This document shows positions 1-13,881 of a stretch of 64,000 nt of DNA, one piece after another. The translations under genes and the position numbers were made by a program. Positions within the stretch are counted from its first letter, which is position 1; every line of letters begins with the position of its first letter. The notes beneath the pieces were generated by a model. It was not told the origin of the DNA. It searched no databases and saw only the letters and a list, made by a program, of their open reading frames with translations. The DNA is taken from positions 23,848,002-23,912,001 of the forward strand of contig CM119264.1 of assembly GCA_051294375.1 (NCBI GenBank), read 5' to 3'. The DNA comes from Paraspadella gotoi. Its lineage: Eukaryota; Animalia; Chaetognatha.

Positions 1-14
1 TCAAATATTATATT

Positions 15-117
15 GTAAGACTTAAGGACTTAACCCACTTGTCCAATGTGAGGAGGCAAGATAGCATATTTAATGAATGAATGGATAATTTTTATAACGG
101 TTGTACCAATTTCATAA
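15..117 (+). repeat. Dispersed repeat, with a second copy at about 32700-32812
   Basis: ggcaagatagc.tattta.t.aatgaatggataatttttata..ggttgtaccaatttcataa is shared between 55-117 and 32751-32813, with weaker similarity upstream. Confidence 0.8.
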
Positions 118-295
118 GATGCAAACGAATTCCGGGCGCTCTGACGAAATGCCAACAATTTCTTCCTTCGCTGATAACGAATTCGATTTCAGCGAATCTC
201 CGGTCACGTGACCGACTCCATTCTCGCGCGCAGAAAGCATCCGTAAATCTTCGTTACGAAGGACGAAGCTTCGTCGCCATCCGAGATAAAAGGTT

Positions 296-408
<113 letters not shown>

Positions 409-1329
409 TCAAAAGCCTTTCACCTAAGCGTCTTTGATGTCAATCGCATTCTCATAGTTTGTCATGCAAGTTGCTGCTTTTTAGGCAACTGGGTCGGGAG
501 GTTCATGTCAGGTCAGGTCATGCCAGGTTAGTCAACATATCCTAATGTAGTTTNNNNNNNNNNNNNNNNNNNNNNNNNNNNNNNNNNNNNNNNNNNNNNN
601 NNNNNNNNNNNNNNNNNNNNNNNNNNNNNNNNNNNNNNNNNNNNNNNNNNNNNNNNNNNNNNNNNNNNNNNNNNNNNNNNNNNNNNNNNNNNNNNNNNNN
701 NNNNNNNNNNNNNNNNNNNNNNNNNNNNNNNNNNTTCCCAATGGGGACCTCCTCCCTTCTTCGAGGTCACAGCGATCCCTGTGAATCGAGAAGTCTGCGT
801 CGTGATCCTTGTTTCACCGGAGGTCACGACCCCGAAGGAAACGCAACATTCGCTTTCTTGAAACGTCACGCCCATTTTTTCACTTTTTTTCTTTCCCAAT
901 GCCACGCCCAGTTTTTAACATTTTTTTTGCGTGATTCCACTCATGATTTTTTACCCAAATTCACTAGACGCAACTCGTGCGTTCGTCTGCAATTAAACTA
1001 ATATTAAATTAAACTAATATGTCTTTTTATTATTATTATTTTTATCTTTCTTTATTTTCCGCTTCAAGTTGAAGCCATTTAATTTTCTCATTCAATTTAT
1101 TTTATTTCACTGATAAGGGATTTTCTTATTTTCTTATTTTCTTATTTTTTCACTCGTGTGAACTTTATTTCTGAATAATTTATTTTTTTCATTTGTACGA
1201 AGCGGTGGGTTTTAGTCGTGAAATGAGATTCGACCTTTTATGTTGCAAACAAAACTTTTGATTCGACGACGAACTCTCGACGTTTGTACGTCGGGAACGC
1301 GTACGTCACTTCGGTCTTACGTTAGTACG

Positions 1330-1427
1330 TTTCATAGTTGGAAAGACAAGTTTCATAGTTTAATAGTTTAATAGTTTCATAGTTCATAGTTTCATAGTTT
1401 CATAGTTTCATAGTTGGAAAGACAAGT
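1330..1427. repeat. 8-mer TTTCATAG tandem array bounded by a direct repeat (tttcatagttggaaagacaagt)
   Basis: Direct observation. Confidence 0.85.
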
Positions 1428-1735
1428 GTCGGTTCGTGGTTCATCTCAAATTAAAAATACATATATTGTTATTTTAAAAATATATTATGTCATATCTCAA
1501 TTCAAAAATATGACCTGTTGATTGTTGAGCACAAAAATAAAAAGAAAACAGTGACAGAAAATACATTTCCCACATTAACTAGGAAAAAAAAGAAAACCGC
1601 AAAAACTCACAAAAAAATGAGACGACGAGATTTTTTGTGCAACAGAATAAAAAAAAAAGGAAAGTAAGAAAATACTTCCCAGGAGAGAACAGGTCTCATT
1701 TCGATTCGATATTCCCTTGGGAGAGAGAGAGAAGC

Positions 1736-1785
<50 letters not shown>

Positions 1786-2237
1786 GAGAGAGAGGTAAAG
1801 TCCTCTTCCTCTTCAACTTCCCCCTCTCTCACAGACTTTTAAATCCAACGTAATGAAACGCCCCTCCATCACCGCCAGACCTTTCCCCCTCTCTCCACCC
1901 CTGGGAGACGCTCCCTCCTCCCCAGGGGGACGAGGCTCAACTCCGATGACATTTCCAAGAAATTCGAAGAAAGAAAAAGGGAGAGGGAAAAAGGGAGGAA
2001 GGGTGAGTGAGAAAGTGACTGAAGGTTGGAAGTATTGGGGAGAGAGTTAGAAAGCGAGAATTTTTGAGTAGATGAAGGTCACGAAAGGTTGAGCTAATTT
2101 AGTATTGTATATTTTTAGTGAACAGTGGGAACAAAAAGAGAGAGAAAGAAGTAAGATAGAAAGAAAGAAATGAAGATAGAAAAAAATATATAAAAAAAAG
2201 AAACGAAACGGAGAAAAATGAAGAATGAAAGAAAAAT

Positions 2238-2268
<31 letters not shown>

Positions 2269-2273
2269 AAAAT

Positions 2274-2336
<63 letters not shown>

Positions 2337-2549
2337 AAAAAAGAAAGAAAGAAAAAAAGAAAGAAAGAAAGAAAACAAGCCAAATAATAAACAGAAACCT
2401 AAGAAAGAAACCAGAAAAACACGGGGAAAAAGTGTCCAAATTAGGAGACCTTAATTTTCTTGCTTCTTTCCCCTTCACACTCGAATTCGCTTTTCTTCAT
2501 TTCCCACTCTCTGTTTCATTCTTTCTCTTTCTCTCTCTGTCTCTCTCCT

Positions 2550-2613
<64 letters not shown>

Positions 2614-4258
2614 CAACTATTATATATCCTAAAACAAATATTGGTAATTTGTAGTATTTTTACACCTTCTCATAGAAATAATAGTACTATTTCGAATAAA
2701 AGTTGCCCCAGGTCCCAAATCCTTTGAGACATCCAAAACTAGTGCCTCCATAAGTTACGAATNNNNNNNNNNNNNNNNNNNNNNNNNNNNNNNNNNNNNN
2801 NNNNNNNNNNNNNNNNNNNNNNNNNNNNNNNNNNNNNNNNNNNNNNNNNNNNNNNNNNNNNNNNNNNNNNNNNNNNNNNNNNNNNNNNNNNNNNNNNNNN
2901 NNNNNNNNNNNNNNNNNNNNNNNNNNNNNNNNNNNNNNNNNNNNNNNNNNNNNNNNNNNNNNNNNNNNNNNNNNNNNNNNNNNNNNNNNNNNNNNNNNNN
3001 NNNNNCGTGACCCGTGACTTCTTAAAATCACCTCGTCCCTGTTTACTTCGATCTCTTTCCCTTTCCTTTTCCTCCACCTCGTCTCACCCTTAGGTTTCCT
3101 ATTTCCACCCCGACCCTTCACCCTTCCCCCTTTCCCCTATCCTCCTCTTCTTCCCNNNNNNNNNNNNNNNNNNNNNNNNNNNNNNNNNNNNNNNNNNNNN
3201 NNNNNNNNNNNNNNNNNNNNNNNNNNNNNNNNNNNNNNNNNNNNNNNNNNNNNNNNNNNNNNNNNNNNNNNNNNNNNNNNNNNNNNNNNNNNNNNNNNNN
3301 NNNNNNNNNNNNNNNNNNNNNNNNNNNNNNNNNNNNNNNNNNNNACTTTTCCTTTCCTCTAACGATTTTCCAAGTAACCGCCGGACAAAATGACGACCTT
3401 CATTTTCCTCTCTTCTTCTTCCTCCTCCTCCTCCTCTTCCTTCCTATTAATTTCTTCTCTCTTCTTTTCCTTTTTTTTTTCTCTCCATTTTTCACATTTT
3501 CTTGTGAATTTTTACTTTTTTTCTTGTTTTTTTTTCCCCCCCACAGTTTTCTTTTTTTTTTTTCTCCTGTTTTCTAGTTCCCTTTCAATGGATAATGTTA
3601 CTAAAATGAAATGATTGACATTTTGTAAACTGCTTCTATTTTTCTCCCAACGTTATCTCGCACTCCGTTGGGCACTTTTCTTTTTCGCTTCGACAAGAAA
3701 TCTTAATTTATAAACTCTCTCCCCCTCTTCGCCTCACGGCCATTCTCCTTCTTGGCACGATAGCCTTAATCCATTTCTTCGCATTACGCGAAGGGCTTGT
3801 GAGAACAAGCTTGTGAGAACAAGCGCTTCCGTCTAATCATGGCGTGATCACTTTTGTTTTTTTCCTATCACTCTCTGTTGGCTTTTAACCGGTCACTTTA
3901 ATTCCTCCTCTCGATTTTAATATCGAGCTCCTTCTTCCCACTGACCACATTAATCCTTCCTTTTTTTCGCCGTCAACATGACGACATCAATTCCCCCCCC
4001 TCTTCCTCATAATCCCTTCCCTCCTTCGTTCTCCTCTTTCCCTCCTTCGTTCTCCTCTTTCCGCCCGGGACTTTTCCCGGCGAATGACATTTCCGCCGCG
4101 AGCATTCTCAGAGAGAGAGAGAGAGAGAGAGAGAGNNNNNNNNNNNNNNNNNNNNNNNNNNNNNNNNNNNNNNNNNNNNNNNNNNNNNNNNNNNNNNNNN
4201 NNNNNNNNNNNNNNNNNNNNNNNNNNNNNNNNNNNNNNNNNNNNNNNNNNNNNNNNNN

Positions 4259-4350
4259 GAGAGAGACAATGGTTGGCGTCACAGAGATGGTGGATCATAG
4301 TGCATGACAGGACAAACAGGAAGCAGTTGATTGACAAGCATTGGAGGATC
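4259..4350 (+). mobile_element. Possible 3' end fragment of an RTE-like LINE ORF next to a gap
   Basis: Frameshifted VGVT/WWIIVHDRTNRKQLID resembles the 'G+..W...A.DR..W+.++' C-terminus of RTE-type RT ORFs. Short and weak. Confidence 0.25.
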
Positions 4351-4717
4351 TTACTGCGAGACAAGCTGAAGAGAAACAGCAAAGAAACGCAATGAATATG
4401 AAACTCACTGGGAGTTTTTTTTATTCTTTATCAGGATGTGGTCGAAAAAGGATAAATACCGAAAAAAGTTAATAATTGAAACTTGTCAATATCGGCTCAT
4501 GTTAACAAGAATAAAAAATTAGTGTAAAATTTTTTTTAACAGACTTTCAAATTTCAAATTCCATAGTATTACTATTAGTTGACCTCCGAATTTGGACAGT
4601 AAAATTCTGAACTGAAAAAAATATCTAGGAATAACTAGGGCGGAAAAAAAATAAGCAAAAATCTAGGGATTAAGTACATACACGTAGTACTTAATAGTGC
4701 CTGATTTCGTTGAGAAT

Positions 4718-4819
4718 TGGCGCAAAGACCCGGGAATTGGCGCAATGGCCGAGGGACTGGCGCAAAGACCCGGGAATTGGCGCAATGACCGAGGGACTGG
4801 CGCAAAGACCCGGGAATTG
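4718..4819. repeat. 40-bp GC-rich minisatellite made of two alternating 20-bp subunits, running into a 379-N gap
   Basis: TGGCGCAAAGACCCGGGAAT alternates with TGGCGCAATG(G/A)CCGAGGGAC for 2.5 units before the Ns at 4820. Confidence 0.92.
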
Positions 4820-6156
4820 NNNNNNNNNNNNNNNNNNNNNNNNNNNNNNNNNNNNNNNNNNNNNNNNNNNNNNNNNNNNNNNNNNNNNNNNNNNNNNNNN
4901 NNNNNNNNNNNNNNNNNNNNNNNNNNNNNNNNNNNNNNNNNNNNNNNNNNNNNNNNNNNNNNNNNNNNNNNNNNNNNNNNNNNNNNNNNNNNNNNNNNNN
5001 NNNNNNNNNNNNNNNNNNNNNNNNNNNNNNNNNNNNNNNNNNNNNNNNNNNNNNNNNNNNNNNNNNNNNNNNNNNNNNNNNNNNNNNNNNNNNNNNNNNN
5101 NNNNNNNNNNNNNNNNNNNNNNNNNNNNNNNNNNNNNNNNNNNNNNNNNNNNNNNNNNNNNNNNNNNNNNNNNNNNNNNNNNNNNNNNNNNNNNNNNNGA
5201 AGAAGTTTGACTGAAGAAAAGATTAAGTTTTTACGGGAGTAATGAGAATAAATCATAACGTGGCCCGGGAGGAGTGAGGAGGGCCCGAGGGGGCCTGGGA
5301 GTAGGGCGGGGAACCGCTGAGGAAGAATTAAAACGCGAGGCCGTTAATCTTTGAACTTTTATTCGAGGAATTTTCTCGGCGATATCTTCGTCGTAAGGCG
5401 AGGAGACAAAAGGGAAAAGAAGGGAAAAGAAGGGAAAAGGGCTGAAAAAGGATTGACTTTTATATTCAAATAATGAGAGAGATTTAAAAGTTCGTTTTTA
5501 AGTGGGAGGGGGGGGGCTTTTTTATCCTTAAAGAAAAGCCTCTTAAAGGACTTTTGATTTTTTCTTTCTTTTTTTTTTTAATTTAGCGAAGATAAATTTG
5601 AGGGTGAAATATTCTCTTTCTCTCTCTCTCTCTGTGAATCCTTACCGCCTAGGCGCGCCCCCTGTAGCCTCTTTTGGAGCCCCAAGGGGGCCACTCCAGT
5701 GGGAATCCCAGGGGCTAAGAAAAACCTTTGCCCCCTGGGGCTACCCCCCCAGCGATGGATTTTCCTGCCCCCTGAACCGGCTCCTCTCTCCCTCCTATTA
5801 TCTGCTCTCTCCCGCTCTACTTCGCTCTTTTCCTTCTCCCTCTCTCCTCCCTTTCCTCTAATCCTTTCTATTGTTTTCAATCTCGATTTACAATAAAATA
5901 TATAAAAAATAAAAAATAATATGTTTTCACTTCAATTAATCAATCATATTGATACCAACTAGCGCTACCAATACCAGACTTGCATAATTTGGTATCCTTG
6001 CCATAATTAGTCAATTGACTTATGCAAAACTAAAAATGCTCAAAACATAATATATTAATCAACTTTTAATTTGTAAACTTGATGACGACCAACGTGATTC
6101 GGAAGGGAGAAATTGAATCCGTCATCGACCGTTTTGTCTCTCTCTATATCTACCTT

Positions 6157-6210
<54 letters not shown>

Positions 6211-6254
6211 CTCTCTCTATCTACTATCTNNNNNNNNNNNNNNNNNNNNNNNNN

Positions 6255-6291
<37 letters not shown>

Positions 6292-8342
6292 CCCAGCTAT
6301 CTCCCTCTCTCATAGGAGAAAGAAAACAATTTATTTGCTTGTGAATTTTTAACAGGAACATCCCTCACGGTAAAAGAATTATTATCTCTGCACATTTTCT
6401 ACACAGAAAACCACTTTGTCGCTAAAGTTTCCGTAAGTAGATTACGTCGTAAATAAAAACAGACTGGTTATATCTGATTGTATTTTAATTGATCGCAGGA
6501 GGAAATGAAATTTTCCTCGGCGGTTAATTATATTTTCTTTACCAGCCGGACATTTTTTCCCCTTCTCTCCGGAAGATTATTTACATATTGGTTTTTTTTC
6601 CTATTAACCTTCCCCGAGACTATTTTACATAATTGAGATGATTTTTTTTTTCCACTCCACATCTTTTTCCTCCCAAGAAACCAAGAGCGTTCGCCGCATT
6701 TTCCAGATGGCATTTTCATTTCTGAAGCAAAAATCCTTCTTTGAATTTTTTTTTAAATTTCTATGTGCGTCTGTCGCCTAATCTTTCAAGCTTCAGCTGA
6801 AGGTATTGTTTCTTGTCCTCAATTGCAAACGAAATGACAAGACACAATTCAGCAAGCCGGTTCACTAAGAGCTCAACTCAATTCAATTGCATTAGTTAGA
6901 CTTTTCCAGGGCGGAAAGTTTTGCACAAAATTGTATTTAAAACAAATTCTTTCTTGAAATCCTATAAAATAAATAAGACTATAACAATAAAGATTATTTT
7001 TGAGTAAAATTACAAAAACCTGAAGTTTTTCTTATTCCATATCGACTCTTGTGGTTAGATTTTCGAAGAGACGAGAAGACGAACTACGTGAAATGAGCAA
7101 GAAATGAACAAAAGTAAATGATTTGTTTATGAAGTTTAATGTAAATGTAATGTAAAAAAAAGGTTTGATGAACATCCGAGGTCTATGGACGGTATCGTAA
7201 AACAGCGGAAAATCGAAGGCGAGTAGACGTAATCCAAATTTTAATACATGAAAACAATTTTTTTTATCGCGACGAAAAATAAAAAAACGTTTTAATTAGG
7301 CAAAAAATAAAAGAGAGAGAGATTGATCACTTATCTGTTAGACAAAATAAGAGAGAAGTTAAAGAGAGAGAAGAAAAAATGCGCGAAAGAGAAGAAGAGA
7401 GAAAGGGGGCAAATAAGAGAAAGCGAGGAAGAGAATAATCAGGAAGGAAAAAGATAGGTTGAGTAGGCGAGAAAGAAGCAAGAAAAGTGAGAGAAAAGAG
7501 AATTGAGAGAAGATAAGAAAGAGAAGATAAGAAAGAGGTGACGCTGGTAGAGAGGGATCGAGTGGTTAGAGAGGGATCGACAGGTGAGATGATAGAGAGT
7601 AAGATAGAGAGAGAAGCGATAACCAGTTTGACAGAGAGAGAGAGTGGAGAGAGAGAGAGAGAGAAGAGGAGAGAGAGAGAGAGAGAGAGAGCAGGAGAGA
7701 GAGAGAGAGAGAAGGAGAGGTACGAGAGAGAAAAATTCCGCGCGACTTCGTGGTTGCGCGACGACTTTTGAAAAGAACGACGCATGCGCCCGACGAAACA
7801 GACGACGACGAGGAACGACGACGAAGACGAGGCGAAACGGGTATAAGACGAAGAAGCGACGACGAAGACAAAGACGACGAAGACAACGACGAAGAAGACG
7901 AAGACGACGAAGACAGCCGGAAGTCAGGGTCCGGGATAAAGAATGCGTCTCTCTGCGGAAATAAAGACGACAATTCGAAGTGAGAAACGAGAAGAAGGAG
8001 AGACGAAGCAGATGTAGATGGACGACGACGACGACGACGACGACGACGAGGAGAGAGACTATAACGAAGACGATGATAATGATGACGACGATGACGACGA
8101 CGAAAAAAAAAAGACATTTTGAGGAAGACTATGTCGACTGTGATGATGATGACGACGATGACGATGATAATGATGATGACGACGATATATCGCGAAATGT
8201 GAGGGAGAGAAAAATGATAACGACGACGACGATTACAAAAATGACGACCACAACAATGGCCAGAAGTCAAGGACCGGGGAAAAAGAGAACGAGAGAGAGA
8301 GAGAGATTTGATTTTTATTCTGATTTGATTTCAGAAAGAAAA

Positions 8343-8394
<52 letters not shown>

Positions 8395-8480
8395 ACAGCA
8401 ACAATCAGTAATCTCCTACATTAATCTACTTGCCTCGTTCCCTGCTCTTCCTTCCACTCATTCCTCCTCTTATACATATG

Positions 8481-9294
8481 TAGTAGGGATTCAAAACTTA
8501 GAAAAATCCGACATTTTTATTATTGTAAACAAACTAATTCATAAAACGAAATAATTTTAACACTGATAACTTCATAACATCAAACTCAAACAATTTATTC
8601 TATATGGCCGCCCTCACAACGAATCACTGCCTCGATACGGTGGCGAAATGCTGCACTACTTTTTTCGGATGAAGTCGTTGGAAAGATTGTCCCACTGCTC
8701 AGAAATGGCTTGTTTGAGGTCGTCGATATTGCTGTGGGGAGGTCTTGCTGGCTGCATCCTCGAAAACGTCTCATACAGCATAATCTAGCGGATTCACATC
8801 GGGGCTCTCGGAGGGCCAAAAGTCTTTGGGCCAATAATCCGCAAAGGTGCTGCAGGCATACTTGGGTCCACATATAATTTCCCCTGGGCTAATGTCTTTT
8901 AAACCAGGGCAAAACAAGATACTTCAGAACACTGTAATATTCTACGGCATCGACTTTCTGACCAGTAGCCGACGCTGCTTCATGGCTTCCGTGAGGAGAT
9001 GCCCAGGCGTTTTAGTGTAAGATTTGAGGTGGAGATTTTGACGTCGTTCTTGATGGTTCTTGATTCTACTGTAAAGTGTAATGGGTCCTGTGCGTCCCAT
9101 CAACGATAACCATCAATAAATACCAATAATTAGGATATAATCGCCGATGTGAAACAAATCTGATGTGGCGGGTTTAATACCTAAAGAATATTGGTGTATT
9201 ATTATATTATTTATTATTATTATTTTATTATTATTATTATTATATTATTATTATTAATTATTATTATTATTATTATTATATATTATGATGATTA

Positions 9295-9331
<37 letters not shown>

Positions 9332-9850
9332 CTGCTATAATAAATTTTGATCATCATTATTCCTTTTAGTTTACATCTTCGGCTCCTATAGACTAAGTGG
9401 CAGAAATTGGAAAAAATATTTAAAAAATTAAAATCATTTCGCCCTCGCTCCACCGCGCCTCAATTCGCTATGCACGGAATCTTAGCGCCGGTCCGCTAAG
9501 TTAGAGTCCCGACGCTTAGCGTCCGCCACGCCCTGTGCAGGGTCAACGGCGCCGCATCGTGCCGCCTTTCTCAACAACTGCAAGGGAGTTCATCGGCGTT
9601 GCGGCGTCTGCTACAATTCTTGCCTTCAGGGCATCAAGAAATTCTGCTTTCGCTTCCTGTTGTGTCCACCGCTTCCCCTTTTTCGCTGCATCACTTTGAC
9701 ATCTTTGCCCGCCTTCCAAATGTTGTAGTCAGTGGCCAGTGTAAAGGCCTTCCTTAAGGTGCTCACAACGAAGAGCATAGACATGTGCTAGTAGGCACAC
9801 TGAGCCTGGCACAGTATACTATGCATACTAAGATCTTCTAAGTTCATGGC
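8481..9850 (-). mobile_element. Decayed maT (DD37D, Tc1/mariner superfamily) DNA transposon with internal deletions and an internal insertion
   Basis: Minus-strand fragments, in order: RKRGSGGHNRKR..EFLDALKARIVADAATPMNSLA (about 9690-9580, HTH region); HLLTEAMKQRR (about 9000-8968); KVDAVEYYSVLKYLVLPWFKRH*PRGNYMWTQ; WPKDFWPSESPDVNPLDYAV* (maT-type SPDxNPLDY); and C-terminal FRHRIEAVIRCEGGHIE* ending at 8595. Stops and frameshifts are present. Only a weak possible TIR match (aacttagaaaaatc near 8495 versus gatcttctaagtt near 9832), so the outer boundaries are approximate. Confidence 0.88.
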
Positions 9851-10605
9851 GGTAAATTATAAAATTGTAAAATAAATAAAAGTCAACTTTTAAGTCTTTA
9901 CTCTCTAGATACTTAAAACTTACCTAGAATCGGTAACTGATTTAATTTGAAATCCGAAGTCGTAACTCGAACTTACCTTCGCTCGATCTCCTTTTCAATT
10001 CCGAAGGAAAAAGCCATCGGACGAGGAAAGGGAGGAAGAAAAAAAAAGGGAAGAACGGGAAAAGAAAATATTGAGGAAAAAAATAGGAAAAGAGAAGGAA
10101 TGTATAAAGAGAAAAAGGATAATAAATATGGGAGAAAAGGAAAATAAAGGGATAAAGAAAAACAACAAAGAGGCTTATATAAGAAGAAATATATGATGTG
10201 GGAGAAATAAGTATATCGGAATCATTAGGCAAAACTATAAAACGAAAGAGGAAGGCTATAAGACTAAAATGAATGAAAATGGAGGAAAAGAGGAAAGGAA
10301 AGAAGAGAAGAAAAGAAAAGGAGGCGGGAATGGAGGATTACGACGATTTTGGATCGCGTGCAAGAAGCCAAGCAAAACAATCGGTGGATGATTGATTAAG
10401 AAGCAAAAAAAAAACAACTCGAACTTTTGTTTTTTCAGTTTTTTCTCATTTTTTTTCGCTTGCCAACGTAATTTTTTTTTTATTTGTGGTTTTTTTACTT
10501 TCTCTTCGAAAAAGATGGCATTTTTGAGAAATTAAAAAAAGAAAGTGTAAATAAAGCAAAACAAACCCTGCCGATTGTTATTAAAAGTAAATAGTGAGGA
10601 TAAAT

Positions 10606-11129
<524 letters not shown>

Positions 11130-12533
11130 CTCTTTCCATTACGATCATTTCTCACGAAAATTCTTTTTTCAGTATTTTATTCTTAAGATTTTTTTCAATT
11201 TCTCTAAAAGCATTTGTGGTTATATCATGCACTTGTTGTATTTCACGTTTCATTTCTTTCAAGCTAAAATTTTGAGATGGCAATTAGATTAAGGAGTAGT
11301 CACAAAATCGGTGATCTTTCACAGTCACCAAAAGAGAGCGAATGAAGTATGGGTGTCTTTACTCTCAATCGCTTTGCCTTTTTCCCTCTTCGATTCCATT
11401 CCGATTTAACTTTAACGATTTTAAATGTTCCAAATAAAATTAAACTCTCGACGCATAGAAAACAAATTCGATTCGATTTAAATCCTCAAAACAAACTCGG
11501 CTCTGTACTCAACGGCTGCCGTGACCGGGTTTGTTTTTCTTTCGGTTCTCAGCGCAATGTGAATTCTACCGTTTTCAATTATAAAATACGTACAAAATAA
11601 TTATTTCAGTAACTGATATAAAAAGTAAGCTAATATTTACCCATTTTCATGACACACTATCATCCCAAAATATATAACTCTTTTTTTCAAAGGGTTCGAC
11701 AGCCCCCCTTTTATTTCTGTAATTTATTACTATTCGGTTTTTTCCATTAAATTTTCCCTCGTAACCTCATCCTTGTTATTCCCCTTCTTTCCTCCCTCCC
11801 TTCTACTCCTCGTCCAGAACCCTTTCCCTCCCATCACACAAACACATCTCTCTCCCTCTTCCTCCTCCTCCTCCTCCTCCTCCTCCCCCAGTCCAAAACT
11901 CTTCGCGCAATACCGAATCATTCTCGACTTGTTTCCCCTAAGGGCTAAATTCTTCTCCTTTTGCGGGCAACAAAATTGATTTTCTCTCTCTCTTTCTCTC
12001 CCGTTCATGATTCAAAAGCGAGGAATGATTCAATCGAGTCGTCGTCGTCGTCGTCGTCGTAGACGTCGTCTCAACTGCTTTGGCTGGCAAACCGTCATCC
12101 GCAGGCGTCGTACAACCAATGTATTCCCACAATGCCGCCTCCGCCGCCGCCGCCGCGCCTCCTACGCCGCCGACGCCGCCGTCGCCTCTGATGTCGATAA
12201 AATGTCTCTACGGGAGGCGTTTGTTTAGTTTCTTAAATAACTTTATTTAAAATCTTGCGGTTTATTTAAAGTCCATACGCTGTAAAGTTGCCAGGAAACA
12301 CAACGGGCATACCTAGATACAGTACTGCATGGCACCAGAATACTGATCTGTACCGTAAAAATCCAAATTCGGCCAATTTTTTTCTATGAACGCATTTAAA
12401 GACAATAATCTCTCTCGGCCGACGCCGCTGTAAACCCGCTGCAGACGCCGCCGCCGTCGACGTCGGCTGCCGCCCATCCCCCCCCACCTCCGCCAGCTGA
12501 GTTTTCAAGCGCCTCGATCCCAGATTCCCCATT

Positions 12534-12573
<40 letters not shown>

Positions 12574-13004
12574 TTTTAATTAGTGGAAAGAGTCCGTGAC
12601 GATCATTGGTGATAAGAGAGGCCGGTGATTGTTGGCGATTATAATTCTTCAAACATTATATATATTAATAATATTTGATATTTCTCGTCGGTTGGTCAAA
12701 GATGGCGCTCTCGAAATTAAGTTTCTCTTTCAGCGCTTCTCTGTCGCTCTCCAGAGCGGCAATGCCACATTGCTGACTGCTGACTGCTTACTGCTGACTG
12801 CTGACTGCTGAGTGCTGATAGAGAGCTACTTAGAACTTTCTTGCTAAAAACATCAAACTCGCATTTAATTCTTGAAACCATAACCCACGATCCACCTCTT
12901 CATTTTTGTTTCCATATCGTTTTTCCTCGTTCACCTTTCTCTTCGACAACTGCCAAAGACTCGAATATTTTCTATTCATGTTGTTTTTCTCTTTTCTTTT
13001 ACAG

Positions 13005-13038
13005 AAAAAAATTATTTCTCGATTACTCAGTGACCATC
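13005..13038 (+). CDS. Candidate upstream micro-exon of the GT31 gene
   Basis: Strong acceptor (ttttcttttacag) and donor (GTGAGT at 13039). The 34-nt exon reads (x)KKLFLDYSVTI and is phase-compatible with the candidate exon at 13259. No homology support. Confidence 0.35.
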
Positions 13039-13258
13039 GTGAGTGAGTTACTTCGATCTTAAAGTTAAATAAATAATTAGCTAATACTAAATAGATTCTA
13101 AACAAAATTTGTCAAAATCCTTTTGATTTCTTATTTTAAATAAGTAAATATTTCCTCTCTCTCTCTCTCTCTCTCTCTACCGATCTCAGTCAACCTCTCA
13201 TCTTTATCTCGTCTCTCTCTCTCTGCATTCCTTCTTTCCCTCACCACCATTTTTCTAG

Positions 13259-13344
13259 GGTCAATCCCGAGGGGCCGAGCCTCATCAGCCTAAACGGTTT
13301 TTCCCTGGGGGAGGACGAGGCGAAGGAAAAGAATCAAAGAATCA
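13259..13344 (+). CDS. Candidate upstream exon of the GT31 gene (stem region)
   Basis: Acceptor ttttctag, open frame GQSRGAEPHQPKRFFPGGGRGEGKESKN, and a phase-2 donor GTCAGC at 13345 that joins in frame to the exon at 14550. Supported only by splice signals and phase. Confidence 0.35.
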
Positions 13345-13823
13345 GTCAGCAGCAGCTCCAGCGATCAACTCTGCTCCAGAGATCCAATTTGATACAGCGA
13401 TGAACATTGCTCTAGCGATCAACTTTGTTCCTATCGTAAAAATTTCTTTAGCAATGAACATTGCTCTAGCGATCAATTTGCTCCAGTGATAAATTTTACT
13501 CTAGTCATGAACATTGTTTCAACTAAATTTTATTGGACTAGATGTACTAGGGTACTAGTGTCCTTGAAGCTAGATTTACGAAGAATCAAAAATGGCCTCA
13601 TTTATTTAGTCAAATATTTTTAGTTAAATGAATAAGTGTATTTTGAACCAAAAAAAATCGTCATTATAAACCGAATGATACAGTTATATTAATAATTTGT
13701 TACAGGTTTTCAGTCTGCCTTTCTTGCTTATTCATTGTGTTTTCAAATAAAAAATCGCGTGTAAAACTTGAAATTGAAATAACGGAAAAAATCCGGTTAA
13801 ACTGGTTTTGACCGTTTTCGCTG

Positions 13824-13881
<58 letters not shown>

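Noticed and set aside
4718-4819. CRISPR-like alternation of repeat and spacer
   Set aside because: The 'spacers' are near-identical 20-mers, there are no cas genes, and the context is eukaryotic; it is a minisatellite.
7750-8270. Acidic DE-rich or poly-T/D protein exon
   Set aside because: Degenerate GAC/GAT trinucleotide sequence without convincing splice sites or recognisable homology.
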